This document shows positions 44,230 to 54,572 of a stretch of 64,000 nucleotides of DNA, in pieces; positions within the stretch are counted from its first letter, which is position 1; each line of letters begins with the position of its first letter. A program made the position numbers and the translations under genes. The notes beneath the pieces were generated by a model, which saw only the letters and a program-made list of their open reading frames with translations, was not told the DNA's origin and made no database searches. This DNA is from Flavobacterium sp. (lineage in GTDB: Bacteria; Bacteroidota; Bacteroidia; Flavobacteriales; Flavobacteriaceae), in NCBI GenBank assembly GCA_039931915.1, contig JBDTRA010000005.1, positions 16,365 to 80,364 on the forward strand. The letters run 5' to 3'.

Positions 44230-47200
44230 TTAGAAATTAAGATTCATCCCAAAAACCATTTGTCTGCTTCTTGGATAAGGACTTGAATCAACCCCGGGTG
44301 TAAGCGGATTTTTTCTCTTAGTTGATACTTCCGGATCGGAACCTGAGTAGTTAGTCCACACAAAAACATTATTTGCAGTCAAATAAAATCTGAGTTTAGA
44401 AATTCCCATTTTAGACGTGAATGCCTGAGGCGTTGTGTACCCTAATGTTAAGGTATTTAATCTTAAAAACGATGCATCCTCAACAGCCCAATCACTGAAT
44501 ACATAACGACTCATGTAGGGAGACCACATTGTAGTATTAGCATTCAAAGCTGTTAATGCAGTAGGATCTGTTACTAATTGACCAGAAACAGGATCCAAAT
44601 TTGTCCATCTGTTTCCGTCTGCCATAATAGCATTTAAATTTTTGTATTGCCCGCCTGAACCGGTAGGGGCTGTTGTGAATTCAATTTTATCAGCATTATA
44701 CACTTCATTACCAATACTCCAGTTAAAAGCTGCCATTAAATCAAATCCGTAAGCATTTCCATTGATAACAAAACCACCTGTACTTTTAGGATTTACATTT
44801 CCGATAACCGTTTGATCATTTGTATCTACTTTCCCATCACCGGTAAGATCTTTCAATTTCATATAGCCTGGCTGAACAGTTCCCACAACAGTACCAGCAT
44901 TCGCTACATTACTCTTTAAAGTATATTTTGACCCATCCCAATCAAAATCAGACACCTCGTAACGCCCATCATTTTTATATCCATACATTGTTCCCAACGA
45001 AGAACCAACAGCCACTAAATAATCACTTCCAATTTGTGTTGAAGCCCAACCTGAAGACACTCCAAAATCATTCATGACACCTAATGAGTTAATACGGTTT
45101 TTGTTCATTCCCATGTTAAATGAAAAATTCAGTCCGTATTTAGCTTTTTCAATAGCAACAACATTTAAAGTTACTTCAAATCCTTTATTTTGTGTTTCTC
45201 CCATATTACGGTATTGAAAATCATACCCTGATCCACCTACCGGGAAATTTATCAATAAATCACTTGTGGTATTATTATAATAATCTAAAGTGCCATTTAA
45301 CCTGTTTTTGAAAAACCCAAAATCCAAACCAAAGTTTCGAGTCACTGTAGTTTCCCATTTCAAATCAGGATTAGGCATTGTTTTTGAAGGCGCCCATATA
45401 CTTCCCACTCCATTAATCCATGTTGTTGATGAAGATTGAAAAATTAGGATTTGTTGTCCAACCGGTATCTGATTGTTACCTGCTTCACCATAACTTGCTC
45501 TTAGTTTTAAAAGATCTAACCAAGAACTATCTTTTAAGAAATTTTCTTCTGAAATTTTCCAAGCTGCTGCTGCTGCAGGAAAGTATCCCCAACGATTCTG
45601 TTTTAAAAATTTACTTGATCCATCAGCACGAAACGTACCTGTCAATAAGTAGCGATTTTTATAATCATAATTTGCACGTCCAAAAAACGAGAACAATTTA
45701 TCCTCAGGTTCGTAATAATTCTCTACCGCCTGTGGTGTTCCCTGTGTTGTTAAAGTTTTTGCCTGAGCAAAATCAAAAAATGTTGGATATCCGTGAATAG
45801 TAGTTGTAACAGTATTTTTAGTATTAGTAATACTTTCTTCCCCTACAAGAATAGATGCGTGATGGTCTTCACCTATTAGTTTTTTGAAATCATAATTTAA
45901 AGTATTAGCATTTCTAAAACGCTCTTCTTTAGAATCACCCATAACCATAGCTGGCATTCCCTGTAACGTTGCAGCTGGTGAATTGTTTACATAATAAGTA
46001 GATCTTCCGTAAAAACGATAATCCAAAGTATTAAAATTATCCAAACCTAAATCTACTTTTAATTTTAAATTATCCACAATTTCCCATCCAAAACTGCCTA
46101 ACATATTAAAATTTTTACGAAACTGCTCACGTTCGTTATCAGAAATCGATGTTAAAGGATTGATCAATACATCTGTACCATCTCCAGTTGAATCTTCTGA
46201 TGAAGTTAAACCAGCAACCGGAAGAGGTGCATAACCCACAATGGTACGCATACGTGAATCTGATGAAGATTTTTCATTTTGTTCATTTACCCCTCCACCA
46301 TTAATCTCAGTATCAGAATAACGCATAGTAAATCCAACATCAATCTTATCGGTTATTTTGCTTTTTAACGCCAAAGACAGGTTATTTCTTTTATAATTAG
46401 AACCAATCATAATCGCTTTTTCATCAAAATGAGCATAATTGAAGTTATAATTCAATTTATCATTTCCTCCTCTAATCCCTAAATCACGGCTTTGTACTTC
46501 ACCAGTACGACCGAAAATTTGTTTTTGCCAATTGTCTCCTTTTACACCTTTGTACATATCCTGATCCTCCCAGTTTCCAAAATACTTAGTATATGATTCT
46601 GGATTAGAAGCCACTTTTGTTCCTGTTTGCGAAAGCAAAGCGTACTCATATTGCCATTTGGTATAATCATCAGGCGACAAAACATCAATTTGTTTAGCCA
46701 TCGTTTTCATACCATAAAACATATTAAAACTTACAGCTATTTTACCATCTTTACCACTTTTGGTAGTAATTAAGATTACCCCATTTGCACCACGAGACCC
46801 GTAAATTGCAGTAGAAGAAGCATCTTTCAAAACGGTCATCGATTCAATATCAGATGAAGAAATATCATTCATACTGTTTACAGGAAATCCATCCACTATA
46901 ATTAATGGTTGATTATTCTGAGTAAGAGAACCTCCTCCACGAACTCTAATTTGTATATCAGCATCAGGAGATCCTTCTGATGACATTACCTGCACCCCAG
47001 CAATCCGACCTGTTAAAGCTTCAGCAACGTTTGCAATCGGAACTTTTTTCAAATCATTACCTGAAATAGTTGATACTGCTCCAGTTAAATCAGATTTTTT
47101 CACTGTTCCATATCCAACCACTACTACTTCATTCAATGTATTTGCTTCTTCAGCCAAAACAATATTCACTTTATTTCTACCTGCAACAGCAGTTGCCTGA

Positions 47201-47466
47201 GTTGTAAATCCTATAAAAGAAAAAACCAATGTCGCTTTCGCGTTAGTTAGTTTTATTTTATACTTACCGTCGAAATCTGTCGAAACGCCATTTTTTGTGC
47301 CTTTTTCTAATACATTAACACCTGGCAAGGTTAAACCTGAAGCATCTTTTACAATACCTTCAACTGTTACATCCTGTGCATTTACCTTATTACTGGTTAG
47401 CAAACACAACAAGAAAACAATTGCAAAACAACAATTTGTTCCTTTAAATAACTCTTTAAAATTCAT
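44230..47466 (-). CDS. SusC/RagA-family TonB-dependent outer-membrane transporter
   Basis: 1078 aa. CarboxypepD_reg N-domain (VTVEGIVKDASGLTLPGVNVLEKGT), plug (ALTGRIAGVQV, SSTAIYGSRGANGVILITTK), C-terminal ..MVFGMNLNF. Confidence 0.93.
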   Translation of the reverse strand: MNFKELFKGTNCCFAIVFLLCLLTSNKVNAQDVTVEGIVKDASGLTLPGVNVLEKGTKNGVSTDFDGKYKIKLTNAKATLVFSFIGFTTQATAVAGRNKVNIVLAEEANTLNEVVVVGYGTVKKSDLTGAVSTISGNDLKKVPIANVAEALTGRIAGVQVMSSEGSPDADIQIRVRGGGSLTQNNQPLIIVDGFPVNSMNDISSSDIESMTVLKDASSTAIYGSRGANGVILITTKSGKDGKIAVSFNMFYGMKTMAKQIDVLSPDDYTKWQYEYALLSQTGTKVASNPESYTKYFGNWEDQDMYKGVKGDNWQKQIFGRTGEVQSRDLGIRGGNDKLNYNFNYAHFDEKAIMIGSNYKRNNLSLALKSKITDKIDVGFTMRYSDTEINGGGVNEQNEKSSSDSRMRTIVGYAPLPVAGLTSSEDSTGDGTDVLINPLTSISDNEREQFRKNFNMLGSFGWEIVDNLKLKVDLGLDNFNTLDYRFYGRSTYYVNNSPAATLQGMPAMVMGDSKEERFRNANTLNYDFKKLIGEDHHASILVGEESITNTKNTVTTTIHGYPTFFDFAQAKTLTTQGTPQAVENYYEPEDKLFSFFGRANYDYKNRYLLTGTFRADGSSKFLKQNRWGYFPAAAAAWKISEENFLKDSSWLDLLKLRASYGEAGNNQIPVGQQILIFQSSSTTWINGVGSIWAPSKTMPNPDLKWETTVTRNFGLDFGFFKNRLNGTLDYYNNTTSDLLINFPVGGSGYDFQYRNMGETQNKGFEVTLNVVAIEKAKYGLNFSFNMGMNKNRINSLGVMNDFGVSSGWASTQIGSDYLVAVGSSLGTMYGYKNDGRYEVSDFDWDGSKYTLKSNVANAGTVVGTVQPGYMKLKDLTGDGKVDTNDQTVIGNVNPKSTGGFVINGNAYGFDLMAAFNWSIGNEVYNADKIEFTTAPTGSGGQYKNLNAIMADGNRWTNLDPVSGQLVTDPTALTALNANTTMWSPYMSRYVFSDWAVEDASFLRLNTLTLGYTTPQAFTSKMGISKLRFYLTANNVFVWTNYSGSDPEVSTKRKNPLTPGVDSSPYPRSRQMVFGMNLNF

Positions 47467-47608
47467 AGTTTACTGTTTAGTTTATTATTATAGTTTAGTT
47501 TAAGTTTTATTTTCATAGACTCAATACCTAAAAAACAAGATATTCAATCACTTTAAAGTCTTAAAAAAAGATTAAAAAAAGTTGTTTTTGAAAGAAAGAA
47601 ACAGCCCA

Positions 47609-47622
47609 TGTAATCGATTACA
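47609..47622. promoter_or_regulatory. perfect 14-bp palindrome TGTAATCGATTACA, LacI-family-type operator candidate at the susC-like promoter
   Basis: It matches the cre/LacI-GalR pattern TGWAANCGNTNWCA at every constrained position and abuts the -7 box at 47623-47630. A weaker copy, TTCAATCGATTACA, lies at 47794-47807. Confidence 0.55.
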
Positions 47623-47630
47623 CAAACTTA
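47623..47630 (-). promoter_or_regulatory. Bacteroidota -7 promoter box (minus strand TAAGTTTG)
   Basis: Plus-strand caaactta. TAnnTTTG consensus, about 157 nt upstream of the susC-like ATG. Confidence 0.45.
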
Positions 47631-48132
47631 GAAAAAAAAACAATATAAAAAATTAAATTTCACAAAAAAATCATAAAAAAAATTACATATAAAAAATTAT
47701 TCTGTTTTTTAATATGGTATGTATAATTTATTAGAGGTATAATTATCAAATATACTTTTATTTTTTTTATGCATATTAAATTATTGCGTAAAATTCAATC
47801 GATTACAGAATCTGTAATTATTTTCATAATTTTAAATTAAAAATAAATACTCCGGTAGTTTTCTTATATTTTTGACTTAAAGCCAGATTCAGTAAAGAAA
47901 TTCATTAATTCCCATCTTAATTTAGACGAAAATGATTCAGAATTCTCTTATAAAAAATTCTATAACATAGTTTTAAGAATACGTGGACAAATTTTAACAT
48001 AATCATATGATAATCAATATGCAATTTAAAAAATGACATTTGTTACAAATAACAAGAAAAAACATTCATTAATTATCCAAAAAAAAATCCCTTTAAAAAG
48101 TTTAAGAGATTGAAATTTAAAGATTAAAGTAT

Positions 48133-49299
48133 TTAAGCACTTTGCAGTTCCAATACTCCCTTATTTTTCTGCATTAAGATAAAAGTAATTATCATACCTA
48201 TAACAGACATTCCAACCCCTATAAGATTAGGTGAAGTAAAACCATATCCGGCAGCCAAAGGTAATCCGCCTAAAAAAGCCCCTAAAGCATTGCCAATATT
48301 AAAACTTCCCTGAAGTGCTGCAGAAGCAATCATCTCAGCATCCTTGGCTGTACGAATCATTAACATTTGTATAGGTGCAATAACCGAGAAGGAAATAGCG
48401 CCTGTCAGGAAAGTAAAAAACAAAGAAGCATATTGATTATAGGAGAATAAGTAAACTAAAATCAAATCAACAGCCATTACAAGCAACAATGCTAAAGTCG
48501 TTGGGGCCGGAGAAAACTTATCTGCCAATTTACCGCCTAAAAAGTTTCCGACTACCATTCCAAAGCCTGCTAAAATCAAGATATAAGAAACATCTTCCGG
48601 AGAAAATTTAGAAACATTTATAAGCAATGGTGCGATATAACTAATCCATGCAAATAGTCCTCCAAAACCAACTGCAGTGATTCCGATAATGAGCCATGCA
48701 TCAATTTTCTTAAAAAATTGCAATTGCGTTTTCATGTTTACATTTTGATTCTTCTCCAGATTCGGCATCCATAAATAAATGAATAAAAAGGTAATCAGTC
48801 CTGCAACAGTAATAAGTATAAAAGTATAACGCCATATAAAATGATGTCCTATATATGTACCAATTGGAACACCTATAAGATTAGCCAGCGTTAAACCCGA
48901 AAACATAATTGCGATTGCCTGAGCTTCTTTACCTTTATCAGCCAAACGACTTGCCACAACTGCTCCTACACCAAAAAAAGCGCCATGCGGCAATCCCGAA
49001 AAAAATCTTGAAACAAATAAAAAATTATAAGTAGGTGCAATAATTGAAAGAGCATTAAATACTGTCAGCATCATCGCTAAAATTAAAAGCATCTTTTTGG
49101 GAGCATAATTTCTTCCAATAATTACCAATAAAGGGGCTCCAATAACAACTCCCAGTGCGTAAGCTGAAATTAAATATCCTGCAACCGGAATTGTAACCTT
49201 CATATCTGAAGCAATATCAGGCAGTAAACCCATCATTACAAATTCGGTTATTCCGATAGTTAAACCACCTAATGATAGTGCAACAAGACTTTTTTTCAT
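48133..49299 (-). CDS. MFS transporter (AraJ/sugar-efflux-like)
   Basis: ATG at 49299 (MKKSLVALSLGG..). Twelve hydrophobic segments. Loop motif GRNYAPKKMLL. Confidence 0.8.
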   Translation of the reverse strand: MKKSLVALSLGGLTIGITEFVMMGLLPDIASDMKVTIPVAGYLISAYALGVVIGAPLLVIIGRNYAPKKMLLILAMMLTVFNALSIIAPTYNFLFVSRFFSGLPHGAFFGVGAVVASRLADKGKEAQAIAIMFSGLTLANLIGVPIGTYIGHHFIWRYTFILITVAGLITFLFIYLWMPNLEKNQNVNMKTQLQFFKKIDAWLIIGITAVGFGGLFAWISYIAPLLINVSKFSPEDVSYILILAGFGMVVGNFLGGKLADKFSPAPTTLALLLVMAVDLILVYLFSYNQYASLFFTFLTGAISFSVIAPIQMLMIRTAKDAEMIASAALQGSFNIGNALGAFLGGLPLAAGYGFTSPNLIGVGMSVIGMIITFILMQKNKGVLELQSA

Positions 49300-49399
49300 T
49301 TGTTTTGCAAGAAAGGAATAGATTTCTATCATGCAAATTTACGTCAGCTTTAGAAAAAATTAGTTGTATATTTACGATATAAACTTGTATATTTGAGTT

Positions 49400-50233
49400 A
49401 TGCCTAAATTAAATCAATTCAAAACACTTGCTATAGATGAATTTGAAGATGAGAAATTCCACCTTCCGCCGCATACTCATACCTATTATGAAATCATTTA
49501 TATTAAAAAAGGAAATGGCATTCATCATTTAAACAACAATTTATTGCCTTACAAATCAGGGGATTTATTTGTGATTTCGCCAGATGACGAACATTATTTT
49601 GACATTAAAAAGAGTACTCGTTTTTTCTATATCAAATTCACAGATAGTTATTTTAATTCGAAACAGAACCTTACTTGCGATGAATTTTTAATTCATACCC
49701 CGGAAAGTTTCATGCGTGATAAAACACTCAAAGAAACCGTTTTGAAATTAGATGATACCTGCAAAACGATTTTAAAGAATACGATTGAAAACATTTCAGC
49801 CTACAATTGTAAAACTGATGTTTCAAATTCGCCAATTGTGTTTTATCAAATTCTCTCCATTTTCGGATTAATCAAGGAAACTATGCGTAGTATGAATCTT
49901 GTCGTTAAAGGAAATTCGATTGATAACGAACAGATTACTTTTTATATCCATCAGAATATTTATCAGCCTAAACTGATTCAGATTAAAGTAATTGCGGATC
50001 ATTTTAATATTGCCCAAACCTATTTCAGTGCTTATTTCAAAAGGACTTTTGCGATTAGTTATAGAGATTACATTCATAATTTGAGAACAACACTGATAGA
50101 AAAACGTTTTCAAAACAATCAATTACCGGTCAAACAAATTGCTTATGAATTTGGTTTTACAGATGAAAGTCATCTGTCGAATTATTTCAAAAAGAGAAAA
50201 AACATGAATCCTACAGATTTTAAAAGGCTGTAG
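49400..50233 (+). CDS. AraC-family transcriptional regulator (cupin plus HTH)
   Basis: N-terminal cupin HTHTYYEIIYIKKG. C-terminal HTH_18 ..IAYEFGFTDESHLSNYFKK. Divergent from the MFS gene. Confidence 0.85.
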   Translation: MPKLNQFKTLAIDEFEDEKFHLPPHTHTYYEIIYIKKGNGIHHLNNNLLPYKSGDLFVISPDDEHYFDIKKSTRFFYIKFTDSYFNSKQNLTCDEFLIHTPESFMRDKTLKETVLKLDDTCKTILKNTIENISAYNCKTDVSNSPIVFYQILSIFGLIKETMRSMNLVVKGNSIDNEQITFYIHQNIYQPKLIQIKVIADHFNIAQTYFSAYFKRTFAISYRDYIHNLRTTLIEKRFQNNQLPVKQIAYEFGFTDESHLSNYFKKRKNMNPTDFKRL

Positions 50234-50301
50234 TTATTGAAATCTTAAAAAAACCTTTGGGCTAAATATTTTTATCTAAATTTGTATTATAACATCTTTT
50301 C

Positions 50302-50682
50302 GTGATTAAAAAAATCTACATATTATTTTTCCTTCTAACTATCGGTTTCTTCCTGATTCCGATTTCCAGTTTTGCATGTGGAAATAATACTATGAAAACT
50401 TCTCATAAAAAAGAAATCACTTCAAAGGAAAAAAATTGCTGTACAAAAGAATGCTGCAAGAAAACTAAAGATTCTAAAAAAGAAAAACACAATTGCAACG
50501 GAAAATGCAACCATACGAACTGCACTACTTCTTCATCTTTGCAATTTAGCATTCCAACTTCAAATGACTTTGAACTCCAAAATACCACTTTCAATTTCCT
50601 TATAGAAAAATCTGGCTCATACTATAACGAAGCCAATATTTCTGATGGTTTCACTTCGATTTGGCTACCTCCAAAAATATAA
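50302..50682 (+). CDS. small membrane-anchored Cys/Lys-rich protein
   Basis: GTG start. TM/signal segment IYILFFLLTIGFFLIPISSFAC, then CCTKECCKKTKDSKKEKHNCNGKCNHTNC. C-terminal WLPPKI. First gene of the copper cluster. Confidence 0.5.
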   Translation: MIKKIYILFFLLTIGFFLIPISSFACGNNTMKTSHKKEITSKEKNCCTKECCKKTKDSKKEKHNCNGKCNHTNCTTSSSLQFSIPTSNDFELQNTTFNFLIEKSGSYYNEANISDGFTSIWLPPKI

Positions 50683-50792
50683 TAATTGTATTTGTAACAG
50701 CCATAAATGGGTCATTTTTGAAACCATTTGTTCTAAAATTCAGTTAAAAATAAACCAAAGGAAAATTCGAATTCCTTTTTAAAACATATAAA

Positions 50793-51323
50793 ATGAAAAA
50801 TTCAATAGCAGCTGTTTTTGCAGCAATCGCAATAATATTATCTGTAAATACAATTACAGCAAAAGAAACAAAATCTCAAACAATTACAAAAGATATTCAG
50901 GACTCAAGTCAGTTGAAACCCGTTTTTGATAATTATTTTGCAATGAAAGATGTGCTTATCAAAAGTGATGCAAAAGCGACTTCGGCGAAAGCCAAAGAAT
51001 TATTAAGTGCATTAGGTGCTGTAAAAATGGATAAATTAAAAACCGCAGAACATAGTGTATGGATGAAAGTCATGAAGAAAATTACCGCTGATACGAAATC
51101 AATTTCATCAAATCAGGATCTTAAAAAACAACGTGAAGCTTTTAAATCTTTATCTAAAAACACATACGAATTGATTAAAGCTTCAAATCCGACAGAAACA
51201 GTTTACTATCAATATTGTCCAATGGCAGACGCTAATTGGCTAAGTAAAGAAAAAGCAGTTAAGAATCCGTATTACGGATCTTCAATGCTGACTTGCGGAA
51301 ATGTGGTAGAAACTATCAAATAA
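50793..51323 (+). CDS. DUF3347-like periplasmic protein (metal-associated)
   Basis: Signal peptide. ..YFAMKDVLIKSD..QREAFKSLS..YYQYCPMADANWLS..NPYYGSSMLTCG. The family name is from memory. Confidence 0.6.
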   Translation: MKNSIAAVFAAIAIILSVNTITAKETKSQTITKDIQDSSQLKPVFDNYFAMKDVLIKSDAKATSAKAKELLSALGAVKMDKLKTAEHSVWMKVMKKITADTKSISSNQDLKKQREAFKSLSKNTYELIKASNPTETVYYQYCPMADANWLSKEKAVKNPYYGSSMLTCGNVVETIK

Positions 51324-51325
51324 AC

Positions 51326-51886
51326 ATGAAGCTCTATATCAAAAACATGGTATGCAGCAGATGTAAAATGGTTGTGAAGTCTGAGTTTGAAAAACTCGGA
51401 CTTCAGACTATTTCTGTAGAATTGGGTGAAGTCGAATTGCAAAACGAAATTACGGAAATCCAAAAAGAAGTTTTACTTCAGAACTTACACTCCTTAGGTT
51501 TTGATTTGCTTGATGATAAAAAAAGTAAAACAATCGAGAAAATAAAAACGCTTATTATCGATTTGGTTCATTATAAAAACAATGAACTAAAAACCAATCT
51601 ATCCGATTATCTGGCTGAAAACCTCAACCAGGATTATAACACGTTGAGCAATTTATTCTCTGAAGTTGAAAATACTACTATCGAAAAGTATTTTATCAGT
51701 CAGAAAATAGAAAAGGTAAAAGAGTTATTAATTTACAATGAACTTTCATTAAGCGAAATTGCCGATATGTTAAACTATAGCAATGTGGCACATTTGAGCA
51801 ATCAATTCAAGAAAATTACAGGTTTTACTCCTACTTCTTTTAAACAGTTGAAGGACAAAAACCGTATTCTGATCGAGAACTTGTAA
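51326..51886 (+). CDS. AraC-family regulator with an N-terminal HMA-like (MxCxxC) domain
   Basis: ATG at 51326. [26 protein letters not shown] is an HMA-fold signature. C-terminal ..[25 protein letters not shown] (AraC HTH). Confidence 0.8.
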   Translation: MKLYIKNMVCSRCKMVVKSEFEKLGLQTISVELGEVELQNEITEIQKEVLLQNLHSLGFDLLDDKKSKTIEKIKTLIIDLVHYKNNELKTNLSDYLAENLNQDYNTLSNLFSEVENTTIEKYFISQKIEKVKELLIYNELSLSEIADMLNYSNVAHLSNQFKKITGFTPTSFKQLKDKNRILIENL

Positions 51887-51972
51887 ATCTTGCAAATCAT
51901 TCACAAAATTATACAACCCGAAGTAATTGTTACTTCGGAAATTTGCATTGTAATACTTTAAAAAACAAAGCA

Positions 51973-54501
51973 ATGACACATCAATATATAATTTCAGGAA
52001 TGTCGTGTGACGGATGCCGTACAAAGGTCGAAAAAACTTTAAATACAATTGAAGGAATTCAGGCCGAAGTAACATTAAATCCTCCATTGGCGACTATAAC
52101 AATGGAAAAACACGTTCAGACGGAAAAACTTCAAGATGTTCTATCTGAATCCGGAAAGTATACCATTGAAATGACTACCGCAGAAACTTCCGCTAAATCG
52201 TGCTGCTCAGGTCAGAAGAAAGACAATCACGAAGGACACCATCATAAAAAAGAAGCTACTGTAATTCACAATCATAATACAACCGGTGTTTTTTATTGCC
52301 CAATGCATTGCGAAGACGATAAAACGTATGATAAACCTGGAGATTGCCCAGTTTGCGGAATGGATCTGGTTCCCCAGGTTGCCATAAGCCATACACAATT
52401 TACTTGTCCGATGCATCCTGAAATCGTTTCGAACGAACCTGGAGATTGTCCAATTTGCGGAATGGATTTGGTTCCAATGAAAGCCTCTGAATCTGAAGAA
52501 AACAAAACCTACATTGATTTACTAAAGAAAATGAAGATCGCCGTATTATTTACGCTTCCAATCTTTATTATTTCGATGTCAGAAATGATTCCTAACAATC
52601 CTCTTTATAAACTAACGTCTATTGAGAACTGGAACTGGATGCAATTCCTTTTTTCAATTCCGGTACTTTTTTACGCAGGATGGATGTTTTTTGTCCGTGC
52701 CTGGAAATCGATTGTAACATGGAATTTAAATATGTTTACCCTAATTGGGATTGGCACTAGTGTTGCATTCTTGTTTAGTATCGTCGGAATGTTCTTTCCT
52801 GATATTTTCCCATCTGAATTCAAATCGCATCACGGAACCATTCATCTTTATTTTGAAGCTGCAACGGTTATCATAACATTAGTTTTATTAGGTCAACTAC
52901 TGGAAGCCAAAGCTCACGGACAGACAAATGGCGCGATAAAAGAATTATTAAAACTTGCCCCAACGGAAGCTACTTTGGTAGAAAACGGAAATGACCAAAT
53001 AATTTCAATACACAATATTAAAAAAGGAAATTTATTACGGGTAAAACCGGGCGAAAAAATTCCGGTTGACGGAAAAATAACAACAGGAGAAAGCAATATA
53101 GATGAATCCATGATTACCGGAGAACCAATTCCGGTTGATAAAAAAGTCGACGATACAGTAATTTCAGGAACAATAAACGGAACAAAATCATTTGTAATGA
53201 TAGCCGAAAAAGTGGGTTCAGAAACCTTGCTTTCGCAAATTATACAAATGGTCAATGATGCAAGTCGTTCCAGAGCTCCAATTCAGAAATTAGCAGACCG
53301 GGTGGCAAAATATTTTGTCCCAACGGTTGTTATCATATCAATCATTACCTTTTTTGTCTGGGCAAAATTTGGTCCTGAACCCGCCTATGTTTATGGATTA
53401 ATTAATGCTATTGCAGTTTTGATCATAGCCTGTCCCTGTGCTTTAGGATTAGCTACTCCAATGTCGGTAATGGTTGGTGTGGGCAAAGGAGCACAATTCG
53501 GCATCCTGATAAAAAATGCCGAAGCCTTAGAAAACATGAATAAAATTGATGTTTTGATTACTGATAAAACCGGAACAATTACCGAAGGAAAACCATCTGT
53601 AGAAAAAATCTATGCTGTTAATAATGATGAAAATGCTTTATTACAAAATATTGCTTCACTAAACCAACACAGCGAACATCCATTGGCGCAAGCTGTTGTT
53701 AATTTCGCTAAAGCTAAAAATCAAACGACACTTGAAGTTCCGGACTTTGAAGCTATTGCCGGAAAAGGAGTTATAGGAACTGTCAACAACTCAAAAATTG
53801 CATTAGGAAATAAAAAACTAATGAATCAGGTTGGCGCTTCGATCACTGAGGATATTGAAAACAAGATTGTTGCCGAGCAAAATCTGGGTAAAACGGTTTC
53901 TTATATTTCCGTAGATAAAATTGTTTTGGGTTATGTAACTATTACAGATGCCATAAAAGAAAACAGCGTAAAAGCAATCAAAGATTTAATCGATCAGGGA
54001 GTTGAGGTAATTATGATGACGGGCGATAACAGCAATACTGCAAAAGCTGTTGCCGATCATTTGCATTTAAGTTCGTTTAAAGCAGATTGTCTTCCTGAAG
54101 ATAAACTAAAAGAAATTCAGCGCTTGCAAGCCGAAGGAAAAATTGTAGCAATGGCGGGAGACGGAATCAACGATGCCCCTGCTTTGGCGCAAGCAAATAT
54201 TGGAATCGCAATGGGAACCGGAACCGATGTTGCGATAGAAAGTGCCAAAATAACATTGGTAAAAGGAGATTTAAACGGAATTGTAAAGGCAAAAAACCTG
54301 AGTCACGCTGTAATGTCGAACATCAAACAAAACCTGTTTTTTGCTTTTATATACAATGTTTTAGGGATACCAATTGCGGCAGGAATTTTATATCCCTTTT
54401 TCGGAATCCTGCTTTCGCCGATGTTAGCTGCTTTAGCGATGAGTTTGAGTTCTGTATCAGTAATCGTAAATGCCTTGAGATTGCGAAATCTAAAATTATA
54501 A
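51973..54501 (+). CDS. copA: copper-translocating P1B-type ATPase
   Basis: ATG at 51973. HMA GMSCDGC. Two CPMH..CPxCGMDLVP modules. TGES/TGEP, CPC (ACPCALG), [15 protein letters not shown]. Confidence 0.92.
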   Translation: MTHQYIISGMSCDGCRTKVEKTLNTIEGIQAEVTLNPPLATITMEKHVQTEKLQDVLSESGKYTIEMTTAETSAKSCCSGQKKDNHEGHHHKKEATVIHNHNTTGVFYCPMHCEDDKTYDKPGDCPVCGMDLVPQVAISHTQFTCPMHPEIVSNEPGDCPICGMDLVPMKASESEENKTYIDLLKKMKIAVLFTLPIFIISMSEMIPNNPLYKLTSIENWNWMQFLFSIPVLFYAGWMFFVRAWKSIVTWNLNMFTLIGIGTSVAFLFSIVGMFFPDIFPSEFKSHHGTIHLYFEAATVIITLVLLGQLLEAKAHGQTNGAIKELLKLAPTEATLVENGNDQIISIHNIKKGNLLRVKPGEKIPVDGKITTGESNIDESMITGEPIPVDKKVDDTVISGTINGTKSFVMIAEKVGSETLLSQIIQMVNDASRSRAPIQKLADRVAKYFVPTVVIISIITFFVWAKFGPEPAYVYGLINAIAVLIIACPCALGLATPMSVMVGVGKGAQFGILIKNAEALENMNKIDVLITDKTGTITEGKPSVEKIYAVNNDENALLQNIASLNQHSEHPLAQAVVNFAKAKNQTTLEVPDFEAIAGKGVIGTVNNSKIALGNKKLMNQVGASITEDIENKIVAEQNLGKTVSYISVDKIVLGYVTITDAIKENSVKAIKDLIDQGVEVIMMTGDNSNTAKAVADHLHLSSFKADCLPEDKLKEIQRLQAEGKIVAMAGDGINDAPALAQANIGIAMGTGTDVAIESAKITLVKGDLNGIVKAKNLSHAVMSNIKQNLFFAFIYNVLGIPIAAGILYPFFGILLSPMLAALAMSLSSVSVIVNALRLRNLKL

Positions 54502-54572
54502 TATTTCGGGCAACAGCGATACTGAAGACCGAGCAACAGCGGTACTGACGAAATTAATTTAATACTTTTATT

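Noticed and set aside
47631-48132. A 0.5-kb extremely AT-rich, A-tract-laden spacer between the susC-like promoter and the MFS gene. I examined it for a hidden regulator gene or small RNA.
   Set aside because: There is no ORF above 60 aa and no convincing structure or conserved motif apart from the weak operator-like site at 47794-47807. It is treated as promoter or curved DNA.
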